Assembly (NCBI GenBank): GCA_027344105.1
Contig: DAHWJO010000001.1
Coordinates: forward strand, 10,939 to 74,938
DNA: 64,000 nucleotides
Source of the DNA: Sulfobacillus sp.
Lineage (GTDB): Bacteria > Bacillota > Sulfobacillia > Sulfobacillales > Sulfobacillaceae
Reading direction: 5' to 3'
Shown here: piece by piece, positions 53,563-62,332 of the stretch
Position numbering within the stretch: the stretch's first letter is position 1
Layout of the letters: each line of letters opens with the position of its first letter
Made by a program: the position numbers and the translations under genes
The notes under the pieces: model-generated
Seen by the model: the letters and a program-made list of their open reading frames with translations, nothing else
Told to the model about the DNA's origin: nothing
The model's database searches: none

Positions 53563-54306
53563 GTGAACAAGGAAGGCGGGGCCGTACGCAGGGTCGGACG
53601 GTGGATTATGGCGTGGATAGCGGCAGCCGTCATGGGTGTGTTGCTCGCAGGCGCAGGGACCGTGCCGGCAGCGCCAATAGGAATCGAGGGGGCCCTGCTG
53701 CGGGGCCGGACGATTGTGATTGACCCCGGCCATGGGGGATACGACCCTGGGGCCAAGGGACGGATTGCGCGCGAAGACCAGGTCAATTTAGCGGTGTCGT
53801 TAGCGCTCCGGCAGTGGTTTGAGGCGGCGGGAGCCAGGGTGGTCCTGACATGGGATGAACCGGGAAAGATTCCTCCGAACAGAAAGTACCGTGTGCAGCA
53901 GCGGGTCGCGTGGATCAACCAGACGGAAGGCAACGTGCTGATCGACATTCACTGCAATTCGGCGGGGCCCCGCTGGCGGGGCCCCCAGACTTTTTACTGG
54001 GATGGCAAAGGCTCATATCATCTAGCCCATGACGTGCAAGAAGAGTTGCAGTATTTTACCAATACCCGGCGCCGGGTGACCCGCATTGACCAGTATGTGC
54101 TGCGCCATGCCCAGATGCCCGCCATCAATGTCGAGGTGGGATTTATCACCAACCGCAAGGAAGAGCGTCTGCTCGTGAACCCTGCCTACCAAAGGAAGCT
54201 GGCGTGGTATATATTTTTGGGAACGGAGCGGTGGTTTCTTAAAGGCCGCTGGCCTGAAAAACTTTTGCAGGCACCCCCTCCGACCCACTTATTGGTCCGG
54301 GATTGA
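53563..54306 (+). CDS. cwlD: N-acetylmuramoyl-L-alanine amidase (Amidase_3), probable spore-cortex CwlD
   Basis: IVIDPGHGG.DPGA, E..NL, IHCNS, VEVGFITN; N-terminal anchor; near rpsI as in Bacillus. Confidence 0.8.
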   Translation: MNKEGGAVRRVGRWIMAWIAAAVMGVLLAGAGTVPAAPIGIEGALLRGRTIVIDPGHGGYDPGAKGRIAREDQVNLAVSLALRQWFEAAGARVVLTWDEPGKIPPNRKYRVQQRVAWINQTEGNVLIDIHCNSAGPRWRGPQTFYWDGKGSYHLAHDVQEELQYFTNTRRRVTRIDQYVLRHAQMPAINVEVGFITNRKEERLLVNPAYQRKLAWYIFLGTERWFLKGRWPEKLLQAPPPTHLLVRD

Positions 54307-54357
54307 GCCCGCCTCCGGTATAATAGAAAGATATGACAGCAGCAGAGAGGAGCCCTT

Positions 54358-55260
54358 ATGGAATCGAAGACCGTACGCATTATCGGGGTGCCATTGGATT
54401 ACGGGGCTGACCGGCGCGGGGTGGACATGGGGCCTAGCGCCATACGCTATGCCGGACTGCACGAAAAACTGCGGCAGGCCGGCCATCAGGTGGTGGATTT
54501 AGGGAATTTGCCCGTGCCCGTGCCAGAGAGCCGGGAAATGGCGCACGGCGGCAACTTGAAGTATCTGGACGAAATTGTCAAGGTCAGCCGCGTTTTAGCC
54601 CGGGCGGTGGAAAAGGCTTTGGAGGAAAATTGTTATCCACTGGTGCTCGGGGGGGATCACAGCATTGCCATCGGCACTATCGGCGGGCTGGTGCGCCGCT
54701 ATGAAAACCTTGGCGTCTTGTGGTTTGACGCCCATGGCGACTATAACACGGACCAGACATCGCCTTCCGGCAATATTCACGGCATGCCGGTGGCCACTGC
54801 GGTGGGACTGGGACATGAGGCGCTTCGGGCCCCATTTCACGGAAGGTTTGTCGATCCCGCCAAAGTGGTCTATGTAGGAGTCAGGACGCTGGATGCGGAT
54901 GAGGCGGAGGCCCTGCGGCATTCCGGGACCACCGTGTTTTCCATGCACGAAATTGACCGCTACGGCATGCGCGACGTGATGGCTAAGGCCATCGATCTTG
55001 TCACGGACGGCACCGATGGCGTCCACTTGAGTTTTGATATCGATGCGGTAGACCCTCTGTACGCACCGGGGTCTGGCACCCCATTTTCGGGGGGACTGAC
55101 AGAGCGGGAAGCACATCTCGCACTGGAGCTTCTGGCGGAGAGCAATATTCTCTCCTCGATGGAAATGGTCGAGGTAAACCCGATACTCGACGAACATAAC
55201 CGGACTGGGCAGCTGGCTGCGAATCTCATTGCATCAGCCTTGGGACACCGGATTATTTAA
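54358..55260 (+). CDS. rocF: Arginase
   Basis: GGDHS, DAHGD, SGNIHGMP, SFDIDAVDP, EVNP. Confidence 0.96.
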   Translation: MESKTVRIIGVPLDYGADRRGVDMGPSAIRYAGLHEKLRQAGHQVVDLGNLPVPVPESREMAHGGNLKYLDEIVKVSRVLARAVEKALEENCYPLVLGGDHSIAIGTIGGLVRRYENLGVLWFDAHGDYNTDQTSPSGNIHGMPVATAVGLGHEALRAPFHGRFVDPAKVVYVGVRTLDADEAEALRHSGTTVFSMHEIDRYGMRDVMAKAIDLVTDGTDGVHLSFDIDAVDPLYAPGSGTPFSGGLTEREAHLALELLAESNILSSMEMVEVNPILDEHNRTGQLAANLIASALGHRII

Positions 55261-55280
55261 CTGAGGAGGATTGATCATAC

Positions 55281-56411
55281 ATGGCGTGGGATACCGATAT
55301 CATTACATACCGCCGCGATTTGCATAAAATTCCTGAACTGGGTTTTCAGGAGCGGCAAACCCATGACTATCTGGTGAGAGCACTGAAGCAAATGGGTCTG
55401 GATCCGGTCGAAGTGGCGGGGACCGGAGTCATGGCGGATATCCGGGGCACGCGGCCGGGCAAGACGATTGCAGTCAGGGCGGACATTGACGGGCTGCCGC
55501 TTGACGAGGAGACGGGACTGGAATTCAGTTCGGAACATCCGGGTGTCATGCATGCCTGCGGGCATGACGGGCACATGGCCATCGCACTGGGACTGGCGCA
55601 GAGGCTGTCTGCCAGCCGCGACTTCCCCGGGACCGTGCGGGTATTCTTCCAGCCAGCAGAAGAGAAGCCGCCGGGTGGGGCACCGGCTATGATTGCGGCG
55701 GGCTGCCTCGACGGGGTGGATGAAGTGTTGGGACTGCACGTGTGGGCCAATGACCCAGTGGGAACTGTCGGCATCCGCACGGGCGCTCTGATGGCTAATG
55801 CCGATGAGTTTACGATCCGGGTGACCGGGAAGGGCGGCCACGGCTCAGAGCCGGCAGACACTAAGGACGCCGTCCTGATCGCATCCCAAATCGTGGTGAA
55901 TCTGCAGACGATCGTGTCCCGGCGCCTTAATGCGTTCGATCCGGCCGTCGTGTCGTGCGGGACCATCCGTTCGGGGGTGACCTTCAATATCATCGCGGAA
56001 ACGGCGGAGATCACGGGTACAGTGCGGACATTGTCGGCGGCGGTCCAGCAGAAGATTGTTCGGGAAATTGGACACATTGCAGAGACCACGGCGGCGATGT
56101 ATGACGCGCGCGCCGTGCTCGAATACGTCTACGGCTATCCTGCGGTGATCAATCACGCAGCGAGTGTCGCGCGTCTTGAGCAGGCCCTTCAAGGCGTGGT
56201 GGAGATAGTGCACCCCGACCCGGCTATGGGCGGGGAAGACTTTGCCTACTACCTGCAGGAACGGCCTGGCGCGTTTTTCTTCCTGGGATGCCAGCCGGAC
56301 GACGCCGAGACCTTCCCGCACCATTCCCCCCACTTCCTCCTGAACGAGAAGGCGCTGCCGCTTGGGGTGGAAGTGCTATACCGCGGGGTGATGAGCTTTC
56401 TCACGGCCTGA
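55281..56411 (+). CDS. M20D amidohydrolase (N-acyl-amino acid hydrolase family)
   Basis: RADIDGLP, HACGHDGH, FQPAEE, GGEDF. Confidence 0.93.
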   Translation: MAWDTDIITYRRDLHKIPELGFQERQTHDYLVRALKQMGLDPVEVAGTGVMADIRGTRPGKTIAVRADIDGLPLDEETGLEFSSEHPGVMHACGHDGHMAIALGLAQRLSASRDFPGTVRVFFQPAEEKPPGGAPAMIAAGCLDGVDEVLGLHVWANDPVGTVGIRTGALMANADEFTIRVTGKGGHGSEPADTKDAVLIASQIVVNLQTIVSRRLNAFDPAVVSCGTIRSGVTFNIIAETAEITGTVRTLSAAVQQKIVREIGHIAETTAAMYDARAVLEYVYGYPAVINHAASVARLEQALQGVVEIVHPDPAMGGEDFAYYLQERPGAFFFLGCQPDDAETFPHHSPHFLLNEKALPLGVEVLYRGVMSFLTA

Positions 56412-56426
56412 CGGGCATCATTGGAC

Positions 56427-56470
56427 TCCGCTGTCTTGTGCCCTTAGGGGTGGGGACAGCGGATTTTTTT
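56427..56470 (+). terminator. Intrinsic terminator after the amidohydrolase
   Basis: TCCGCTGTC/GACAGCGGA stem plus T7. Confidence 0.8.
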
Positions 56471-56502
56471 CACGTGAAGGGGGCGAAGAATTTTCTCGAG
56501 TA

Positions 56503-56537
56503 TTGAATAATTATCCCTGTCGATGTATAGTAATGCG
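56503..56537 (+). promoter_or_regulatory. argF promoter overlapped by tandem ARG boxes
   Basis: TTGAAT-17bp-TATAGT; TGAATAATTATCCC (56504) and TGTATAGTAATGCG (56524), 20 bp apart. Confidence 0.7.
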
Positions 56538-56553
56538 GTAGGGGGCGGTAACA

Positions 56554-57513
56554 GTGGTAGAGCGGGTATCGGCAAAAGAGATGCGGGTGCAGGGACGTTC
56601 GGTGATTTCTCTTAAAGAATGGACGCCGACGGAAATCAAACAGGTGTTGATGACGGCGCAGTGGATGAAGGCGAATCCAAAAATTGCTGAGATCCAGTAC
56701 GCATTGCGAGGGAAGTCCGTGGCGATGATCTTTGAGTTGCCTTCCACCCGGACTCGGGTATCATTCCAAGTCGCCATCCAGTCGCTGGGCGCAGCGCCCG
56801 TGATTTTGGATTGGGAGAACAGCCAACTGGGCCGTGGCGAACCAATTGAGGATACTGCGCGCGTGCTTTCCCGCTACGTCGATGCGATGGTGGTGCGGGC
56901 GAAGAGCCACGAGATGGTGCAGGTGTTGCAGAAGTGGGCCACCGTGCCGGTGTTCAATGCGTTGACGGATGCCGCCCACCCTTTTCAGGTGCTGGCGGAT
57001 GCGCTGACCATTTGGGAGCACACGGGCTATTTGGCTGGCGCCAAACTGGCCTACGTGGGAGATGGAAACAATATGGCCAATTCCTACCTCGTGATTGGGG
57101 CGAAACTGGGAATGCATGTCAGTGTGGCCTGTCCTGCCGGATGGATGCCGCCGGCGGACGTCGTGGCCTATGCCCAGCAGGAGGCTGCCATGACGGGCGG
57201 GTCGATTCACGTGACCACGGATCCGGAACAAGCCGTATTTGGCAGCGACGCCGTGGCGACGGATGTGTTTGTGTCGATGGGCGATGCGGAGAGCGGCGAG
57301 AAGCGGAAGGCTCTGGCGCCATATCAGGTGAATGCCCGCCTGCTCGCAATGGCCAAGTCTAGTGCGGTATTCCTGCACTGTCTGCCGGCACACCGGGGTG
57401 AAGAGGTGACAGCAGACGTACTGGAAGGGCCGCAGTCCGTCGTTTTCGATGAGGCGGAAAATCGCCTTCACGTGCAAAAAAGCGTGCTCTACCATACTCT
57501 GGCCGAATTTTAG
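56554..57513 (+). CDS. argF: Ornithine carbamoyltransferase
   Basis: STRTR, HPFQ.LAD, GDGNN, SMG, FLHCLPAHRG, EAENR. Confidence 0.95.
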   Translation: MVERVSAKEMRVQGRSVISLKEWTPTEIKQVLMTAQWMKANPKIAEIQYALRGKSVAMIFELPSTRTRVSFQVAIQSLGAAPVILDWENSQLGRGEPIEDTARVLSRYVDAMVVRAKSHEMVQVLQKWATVPVFNALTDAAHPFQVLADALTIWEHTGYLAGAKLAYVGDGNNMANSYLVIGAKLGMHVSVACPAGWMPPADVVAYAQQEAAMTGGSIHVTTDPEQAVFGSDAVATDVFVSMGDAESGEKRKALAPYQVNARLLAMAKSSAVFLHCLPAHRGEEVTADVLEGPQSVVFDEAENRLHVQKSVLYHTLAEF

Positions 57514-57532
57514 CGGAGACCGGCGCGATAAG

Positions 57533-57560
57533 AGGCCCACACTTGTGGGCCTATTTTTTT
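57533..57560 (+). terminator. Intrinsic terminator after argF
   Basis: AGGCCCACA/TGTGGGCCT plus T7. Confidence 0.85.
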
Positions 57561-57691
57561 GTCCCGCTGGAACCCGACGATCATGATGAAAAAAACAGGA
57601 GAAATTTCTGACCTTGGCAGGGTTATCGCGCAATACAGGGGGAGTGCCGTGATAGACTATTCTCAAGGACTTGAGAACGGGGGGGATGCAC

Positions 57692-58135
57692 ATGGTACAT
57701 CTATCATCCGTCTACCGGAAGCTGGAAGAGGGATCGAAACGGCTGACTCCCCAGCGGGAGCTTGTGATCCGCATATTTTCAGAACACCCCGGGGAACACC
57801 TTTCCGCGGAGGAAGTGCACCAGCTCGTCAAGAAGAAATTCCAGGATATCGGACTGGCCACCGTATACCGGTCACTGGAACTGTTGACGCAGCTGGAAAT
57901 CCTGACCCGCATCAATTTTGACGACGGACGGTCCCGGTATGAGTTCAATCAGGAGGAAACGCACCGCCACCACCATCTGGTGTGTGTGCGCTGCGGACGC
58001 GTGGAGGAATACGGTGAAGACTTGCTGGACACCCTTGAAACACGGATCCTGAACGAGCGCGGCTTTGCGGTTTTGGATCATGAACTCAAATTTTACGGGG
58101 TATGCCGCGCGTGCGCTCTAAAAAAGAAAAACTGA
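57692..58135 (+). CDS. fur: Ferric uptake regulator family protein
   Basis: RLTPQR, GLATVYR, HHHLVC..C, HELKFYGVC..C. Confidence 0.92.
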   Translation: MVHLSSVYRKLEEGSKRLTPQRELVIRIFSEHPGEHLSAEEVHQLVKKKFQDIGLATVYRSLELLTQLEILTRINFDDGRSRYEFNQEETHRHHHLVCVRCGRVEEYGEDLLDTLETRILNERGFAVLDHELKFYGVCRACALKKKN

Positions 58136-58153
58136 GAGAGAGGAGGAGATCTG

Positions 58154-58510
58154 GTGACGAGACTGTTTTGCTATAAGCGGTGAAGCACGTGTGCCAAAGC
58201 GCGAGCGTGGCTCAGCGCACACCAGGTGGAGGCGGCGGAGCGGGACCTCATCTTAGAGCCGCTCAGTGCAGACGAGGTTAGCGCGCTGGCGGCTGAAGCC
58301 GGGGGAGTTGGTGCGCTGCTTTCCAAAAAAAGTCCGGCCTATAAAATACATCAACCGCTCGTCCAGACGGAACAGGACTGGATCCGCGCGATGGCGCAGG
58401 AGCCCCGCCTGATCCGCCGCCCCGTGTGGCAGATTGGCCGCCGGTGGCTCATCGGATTTCAGCCCGATGCGTGGCAGGCAGCCTTGGACGAGGAGACAGC
58501 GGACCGCTGA
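58154..58510 (+). CDS. ArsC/Spx-family thioredoxin-fold protein with in-frame UGA (candidate selenoprotein, UxxC)
   Basis: SD GAGGAGGAG, GTG 58154; MTRLFCYKR*STCAKARAWL...EPRLIRRP...LIGF; TGA 58181-58183 at the first Cys of CxxC. Confidence 0.8.
58189..58222 (+). promoter_or_regulatory. Candidate bacterial SECIS element
   Basis: GUGU/ACAC, GCGC/GCGC and GAGC/GCUC stems with apical loop GUG 23 nt after the UGA. Confidence 0.65.
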
Positions 58511-58526
58511 GGGAGGCGGATTTCCG

Positions 58527-59615
58527 TCAAATTCCCCTGTAGGATCCCCAGTAGGCGTCCTCCGGGTAGCCGCGCTGTTCCCAATAGCCCAGAATATCCC
58601 GGTCCGACCATGATATCCGGACGAGCCATTTCAGCGATTTGTAGCCATACATCCGGGGCACCAGCAGGCGCAGAGGGTAGCCTTGGGACTGGGCCAAGGG
58701 GCGGGAATCGAGCTCATAGGCGAGCAGCGGCCGGTAGGCGGCGATTTGCCGGGCGCTTAAGGATTCCGTATAGACACCGTCTCCGGAATAAAAGAGGATC
58801 CATGGAGTGCGGCGGGGATCCCATCCTTGCGATAATAGAAACCGCGAGAGGTCAATCCCCGTCACTTCGACGCCGTCTACGGCCCACCCTGTCACGCACT
58901 GAAAGTCGATGTGGCGCTGTTCCGGCCCGAATCGGCGCAACTGCGGCAGGGTGTACTGGGCAGATCCTGCCCCACCCCTGTCCAGGGTCAGGCGCCATGT
59001 ATCGACAGAGAGGTCTGGATAGCCACCGACCACGGTATAGGGGACAAAACCGGGCAGAGCTCCCGAATTGCGGCCTCTGTGAAACACTCTGCCGCTCACC
59101 ATCGTCAACACACTGGGGACGGCCAGCAGGAAGGGCGCTGTGGCCGCCGTGGCCGCCAGCCACCTGAGTGCGCGCCGGCGGGACACATCTACTTTGGGGG
59201 AGGCGGGTTTCCCTGCCGCTCTTGGCCGGTGCGCCACCAAATGGTAGGCTACCCACAGCACAAAGCCTGCGGCGCTGGCGGCGTGGACGACAGTCGCAAT
59301 CGCCCGCGTTGAGGATGGGCCGACCAGCAGTCCGACGCCGCTGGCCAATAGCAGGACCAAGAAAAACAGAGCCCACCGCCCCAAGGCAGGGGCCCTTTGG
59401 GAGTTTGGCGAATGGGCAGGCCGCGGGTAAAAGCGCGCAGACCAGCCCGCCAAAGCCGCGCCGTAGAGCACCCCTCCCCATTCGTGCACAGCCTGTACCG
59501 CCGGCATGAACGGCCCCAGAGCGCTGCGCCAACTGGCCAGGTACAAGCTGAATCCTGTGGCTGCCAATAACCCGACAATGATTGCGTGCCGCCAGTGGCG
59601 CTGGGAAAAGGACAA
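58527..59615 (-). CDS. Membrane cytochrome-b-like domain fused to a sulfite-oxidase/MsrP-type molybdopterin domain, with internal Tat motif
   Basis: Four His-bearing TM helices, SRRRALRWL, DFQCVTGW (Mo ligand Cys), GYPLRL.VP..YGYKS.KW, GYWE.RGY. Confidence 0.9.
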   Translation of the reverse strand: MSFSQRHWRHAIIVGLLAATGFSLYLASWRSALGPFMPAVQAVHEWGGVLYGAALAGWSARFYPRPAHSPNSQRAPALGRWALFFLVLLLASGVGLLVGPSSTRAIATVVHAASAAGFVLWVAYHLVAHRPRAAGKPASPKVDVSRRRALRWLAATAATAPFLLAVPSVLTMVSGRVFHRGRNSGALPGFVPYTVVGGYPDLSVDTWRLTLDRGGAGSAQYTLPQLRRFGPEQRHIDFQCVTGWAVDGVEVTGIDLSRFLLSQGWDPRRTPWILFYSGDGVYTESLSARQIAAYRPLLAYELDSRPLAQSQGYPLRLLVPRMYGYKSLKWLVRISWSDRDILGYWEQRGYPEDAYWGSYRGI

Positions 59616-59701
59616 TGCACCTGACCTCCTTGTTACACGATCCTGGATTCATCGAGCAGGCTGCCCCGAAACTTTTCCAGCGGCGCGGCCGGAAGATCTT
59701 G

Positions 59702-60541
59702 TCAAGCCCAGTGGTCGGGGCTGATAAAGTGGTCAAACACGAGACGGGTGAGACGGGGCAAGATTCGCTGAGCTTCGTTGTCGATGTGAAACCGCAAATC
59801 TTGGCAGCCGGCGCTCAGCAGGGCCACCGTGTAGTCGCCCCAGGGAGACTGGACAATGCCGACGTCGTTGCGAATTCCTTCCAGCGACCCGCTCTTGCTT
59901 CCAATTTGCACAGGGGCTGGCTGTCCAGCCTCTTCGTCCAGCAGGGCATAGGGCAGATCCCGGGTCATGAGAGTATTGTACTGCTGGCGGGTCAGGATAT
60001 CCCACATGACGTCACAGGCCCAGGGACTGACCAGCGTGCGGTCGTGCAGGCGCTTTAGCAGTGCGGACAGTTCATCGGCGCGCGCCAGTCCAATGGGGCC
60101 GGGCGCCGTGAAGTCAATGCGCTTGAAAATCTGAATGTGCGGGAAAGACCATGCCTGCATGGCAGCATTGACCGTCTCGAGTCCCACCAGGCGCAGCACC
60201 ATGTTGGTGGCGGTGTTGTCGCTTACGGTAATCATGAGCATCAATGCGTCGTGGAGGGAGAGGGACAGCCCCGGGGTCAGATTTTGCACAACCCCTGATC
60301 CTTCCACAAGATCCGCTTCCTGCAACACGAGGTCCATGGCCAGGTCAAGATGGCGCTCCTCAATCTGCTGCATGACGGCGGCAAGTACCGGCAGTTTGAT
60401 AACGGAGGCAGTTTCCATGAGCAGGGAGGGCTGAAACCGGATGACCTCGTGTGTCTCCATGTGTTCTGCGTATAGGCTGATGCGGCCGGAAAAATTTTGG
60501 GCCACCTGTGCGATGGCGCGGTCGAGATCACTGGAGGGCAT
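59702..60541 (-). CDS. Cytoplasmic serine hydrolase of class-A beta-lactamase fold
   Basis: SVIK (SxxK), SDN and KSG motifs; no signal peptide. Confidence 0.85.
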   Translation of the reverse strand: MPSSDLDRAIAQVAQNFSGRISLYAEHMETHEVIRFQPSLLMETASVIKLPVLAAVMQQIEERHLDLAMDLVLQEADLVEGSGVVQNLTPGLSLSLHDALMLMITVSDNTATNMVLRLVGLETVNAAMQAWSFPHIQIFKRIDFTAPGPIGLARADELSALLKRLHDRTLVSPWACDVMWDILTRQQYNTLMTRDLPYALLDEEAGQPAPVQIGSKSGSLEGIRNDVGIVQSPWGDYTVALLSAGCQDLRFHIDNEAQRILPRLTRLVFDHFISPDHWA

Positions 60542-61778
60542 TGTCTACATCCTTTCGGGGAACCCAATTGAGGCGCTCGTGACCGAGCCCGGGAATTTTT
60601 CTTCCCTCTACAACCGAGCCGGCTGCCAGGGGCTCGCTGCCCCGGGGAATCACGGCCAGGACATCACAGGCGTCATATGTGGTGATGCGGTCTGATGCCT
60701 GGGGGATATTGGTGTCAAAATAGGTGCCCTGATCCTCCTGCACAACGCGCGCCCGCAAGAAGCGAGTTTCGCGGGTTTTTTTAGGGAAGGGCTGCAGCAG
60801 GCGGCCTTGAATGTGTTCTACCGGAAGGTGCCCGTGCAGCAGGGAGGCCAGGAAAGGCAGCCCGATGTTGTACCAGGACATCAGGGCGGCTCCGGGATTG
60901 CCAGACAAGGCCAGTATGGTGGTGCCATGGTGGCGGGCTGCGGCGATGGATTTGCCGGGATGCATGTCAACGTGCCAAAACAACACCTCCGTGTGGCTGT
61001 GCAAAAACTGCACCATGCGGTCTTTGTCCCCTACGGACACTCCGCCCGTGGTCAGGACCACGTCATACCCGGAAAGGTCGGGGGCAAACAGGTCAGCTAC
61101 GGCAGATGGATCGTCCGCCAAGGTTGGCCAAAGACTGACATGCGCTCCCATTTCGTGCAGCAGGGCGCTGAAGAGCGATACGTTGACATTGTAAATCTGC
61201 CCGGGTCCCAAAGCATCTCCCGGGGCCTTGAGTTCATCGCCGGAACTGACCAGCAGCACGCGCGGCTTGCGGAAGACACTGACCTCGCGGTAGCCGGCAA
61301 GGGCCATCAGGCCGACTTGCAGCGGACCTATGCGCTGCCCGGGGTGCAGCAGGGCAGTGCCCGCCATAAACTCAGACCCCAGAGCCGTGACATTGCGGCC
61401 GGCCTTGACAGCGTGGGGTAGGCAGATGAGGTCTCCCAGGGGTTCGGCGGCTTCTTGCTCGGCGACCGCATCCAGACCCCGGGGCACAGGAGCGCCCGTC
61501 ATGATCCGCACTGCCTCGCCCGCTTTGATGGTGCCGGTAAACACTTCGCCAGCGTTGACCCGCCCCGCCACCCGGAAGGAGCCGGGCGTCTGCGACGACA
61601 CCACGGCGTAACCGTCCATGGCGGAGCGGGCAAAGGGCGGGGCAGGCTGAACGGCTGTGACCTCCATGCTGAGGGTCCTCCCCAGGCTGTGTGCAACCGG
61701 CACGGTTTCAGTGTCCGTGACAGGGGGCGTGTGCTGCCGGAGCGCGGCCAGGGCGCCCGCAACAGTGATATACTCCAT
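60528..61778 (-). CDS. moeA: Molybdopterin molybdotransferase
   Basis: PPFARSAMDGYAV, IMTGAPVP, SSGDE, TGGVSVG, LSGNP. Confidence 0.95.
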   Translation of the reverse strand: MEYITVAGALAALRQHTPPVTDTETVPVAHSLGRTLSMEVTAVQPAPPFARSAMDGYAVVSSQTPGSFRVAGRVNAGEVFTGTIKAGEAVRIMTGAPVPRGLDAVAEQEAAEPLGDLICLPHAVKAGRNVTALGSEFMAGTALLHPGQRIGPLQVGLMALAGYREVSVFRKPRVLLVSSGDELKAPGDALGPGQIYNVNVSLFSALLHEMGAHVSLWPTLADDPSAVADLFAPDLSGYDVVLTTGGVSVGDKDRMVQFLHSHTEVLFWHVDMHPGKSIAAARHHGTTILALSGNPGAALMSWYNIGLPFLASLLHGHLPVEHIQGRLLQPFPKKTRETRFLRARVVQEDQGTYFDTNIPQASDRITTYDACDVLAVIPRGSEPLAAGSVVEGRKIPGLGHERLNWVPRKDVDNALQ

Positions 61779-61807
61779 CGATCTTTCCATCCTTTCGGGT
61801 CCGCTCG

Positions 61808-62332
61808 CTATTCTGAGGCGGTTGGCGTAGTGGCTGCCGGGATCTGCGCAGCGGAAAAAGTCAAGGACGCCTGGTGCTGCTCTATCCAGCAGGCTGCCTG
61901 ACGGGCAGTCTCCACACTGAGAGGAAGCGCGGCCTCAAACCAGAGGATCCCGGAAATGGGGGGGGGCGAGGGGCCGATAACTGCTCTCACACTGGGCAAG
62001 ATGGAGACGAGGGGGCCAAGGTCCAGCACAATTTTCGGCGTGGGGGAATGTTTGGCCCCTTCCCAAATGATCCAGGGATACCACGACAGAGCCTGGACCC
62101 AGTCGATGGGGAGGGGGTGCTGGCCGCGCCAAGTGGCCTGGCCTGGCTGCATTAGCAAAGTTTCCGCTCCAGCTGCCGCGAACCGTTCTGAATCGGACCC
62201 CGTCCGGTCTGGGGCGCCTCCATGGTGGGAGAATTTCACCACGAGGACGGGACCCGGGAGGCATGCGCACAAGGCTTCAACCAGGCGCGTCTTGCCTGTA
62301 TCGGAAAAACCAGAGACCTGCATAATCGGCAT
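61808..62332 (-). CDS. mobB: Molybdopterin-guanine dinucleotide biosynthesis protein B (divergent)
   Basis: SGFSDTGKT, K..HH, GSDS.RF..AGA, EGAK. Confidence 0.8.
   Translation of the reverse strand: MPIMQVSGFSDTGKTRLVEALCACLPGPVLVVKFSHHGGAPDRTGSDSERFAAAGAETLLMQPGQATWRGQHPLPIDWVQALSWYPWIIWEGAKHSPTPKIVLDLGPLVSILPSVRAVIGPSPPPISGILWFEAALPLSVETARQAACWIEQHQASLTFSAAQIPAATTPTASE

Noticed and set aside
60548-61799. Identical 12-mer CCCGAAAGGATG (minus strand) before both moeA and the serine hydrolase
   Set aside because: Mostly an SD sequence; one copy lies in moeA coding sequence; two copies are compatible with chance.
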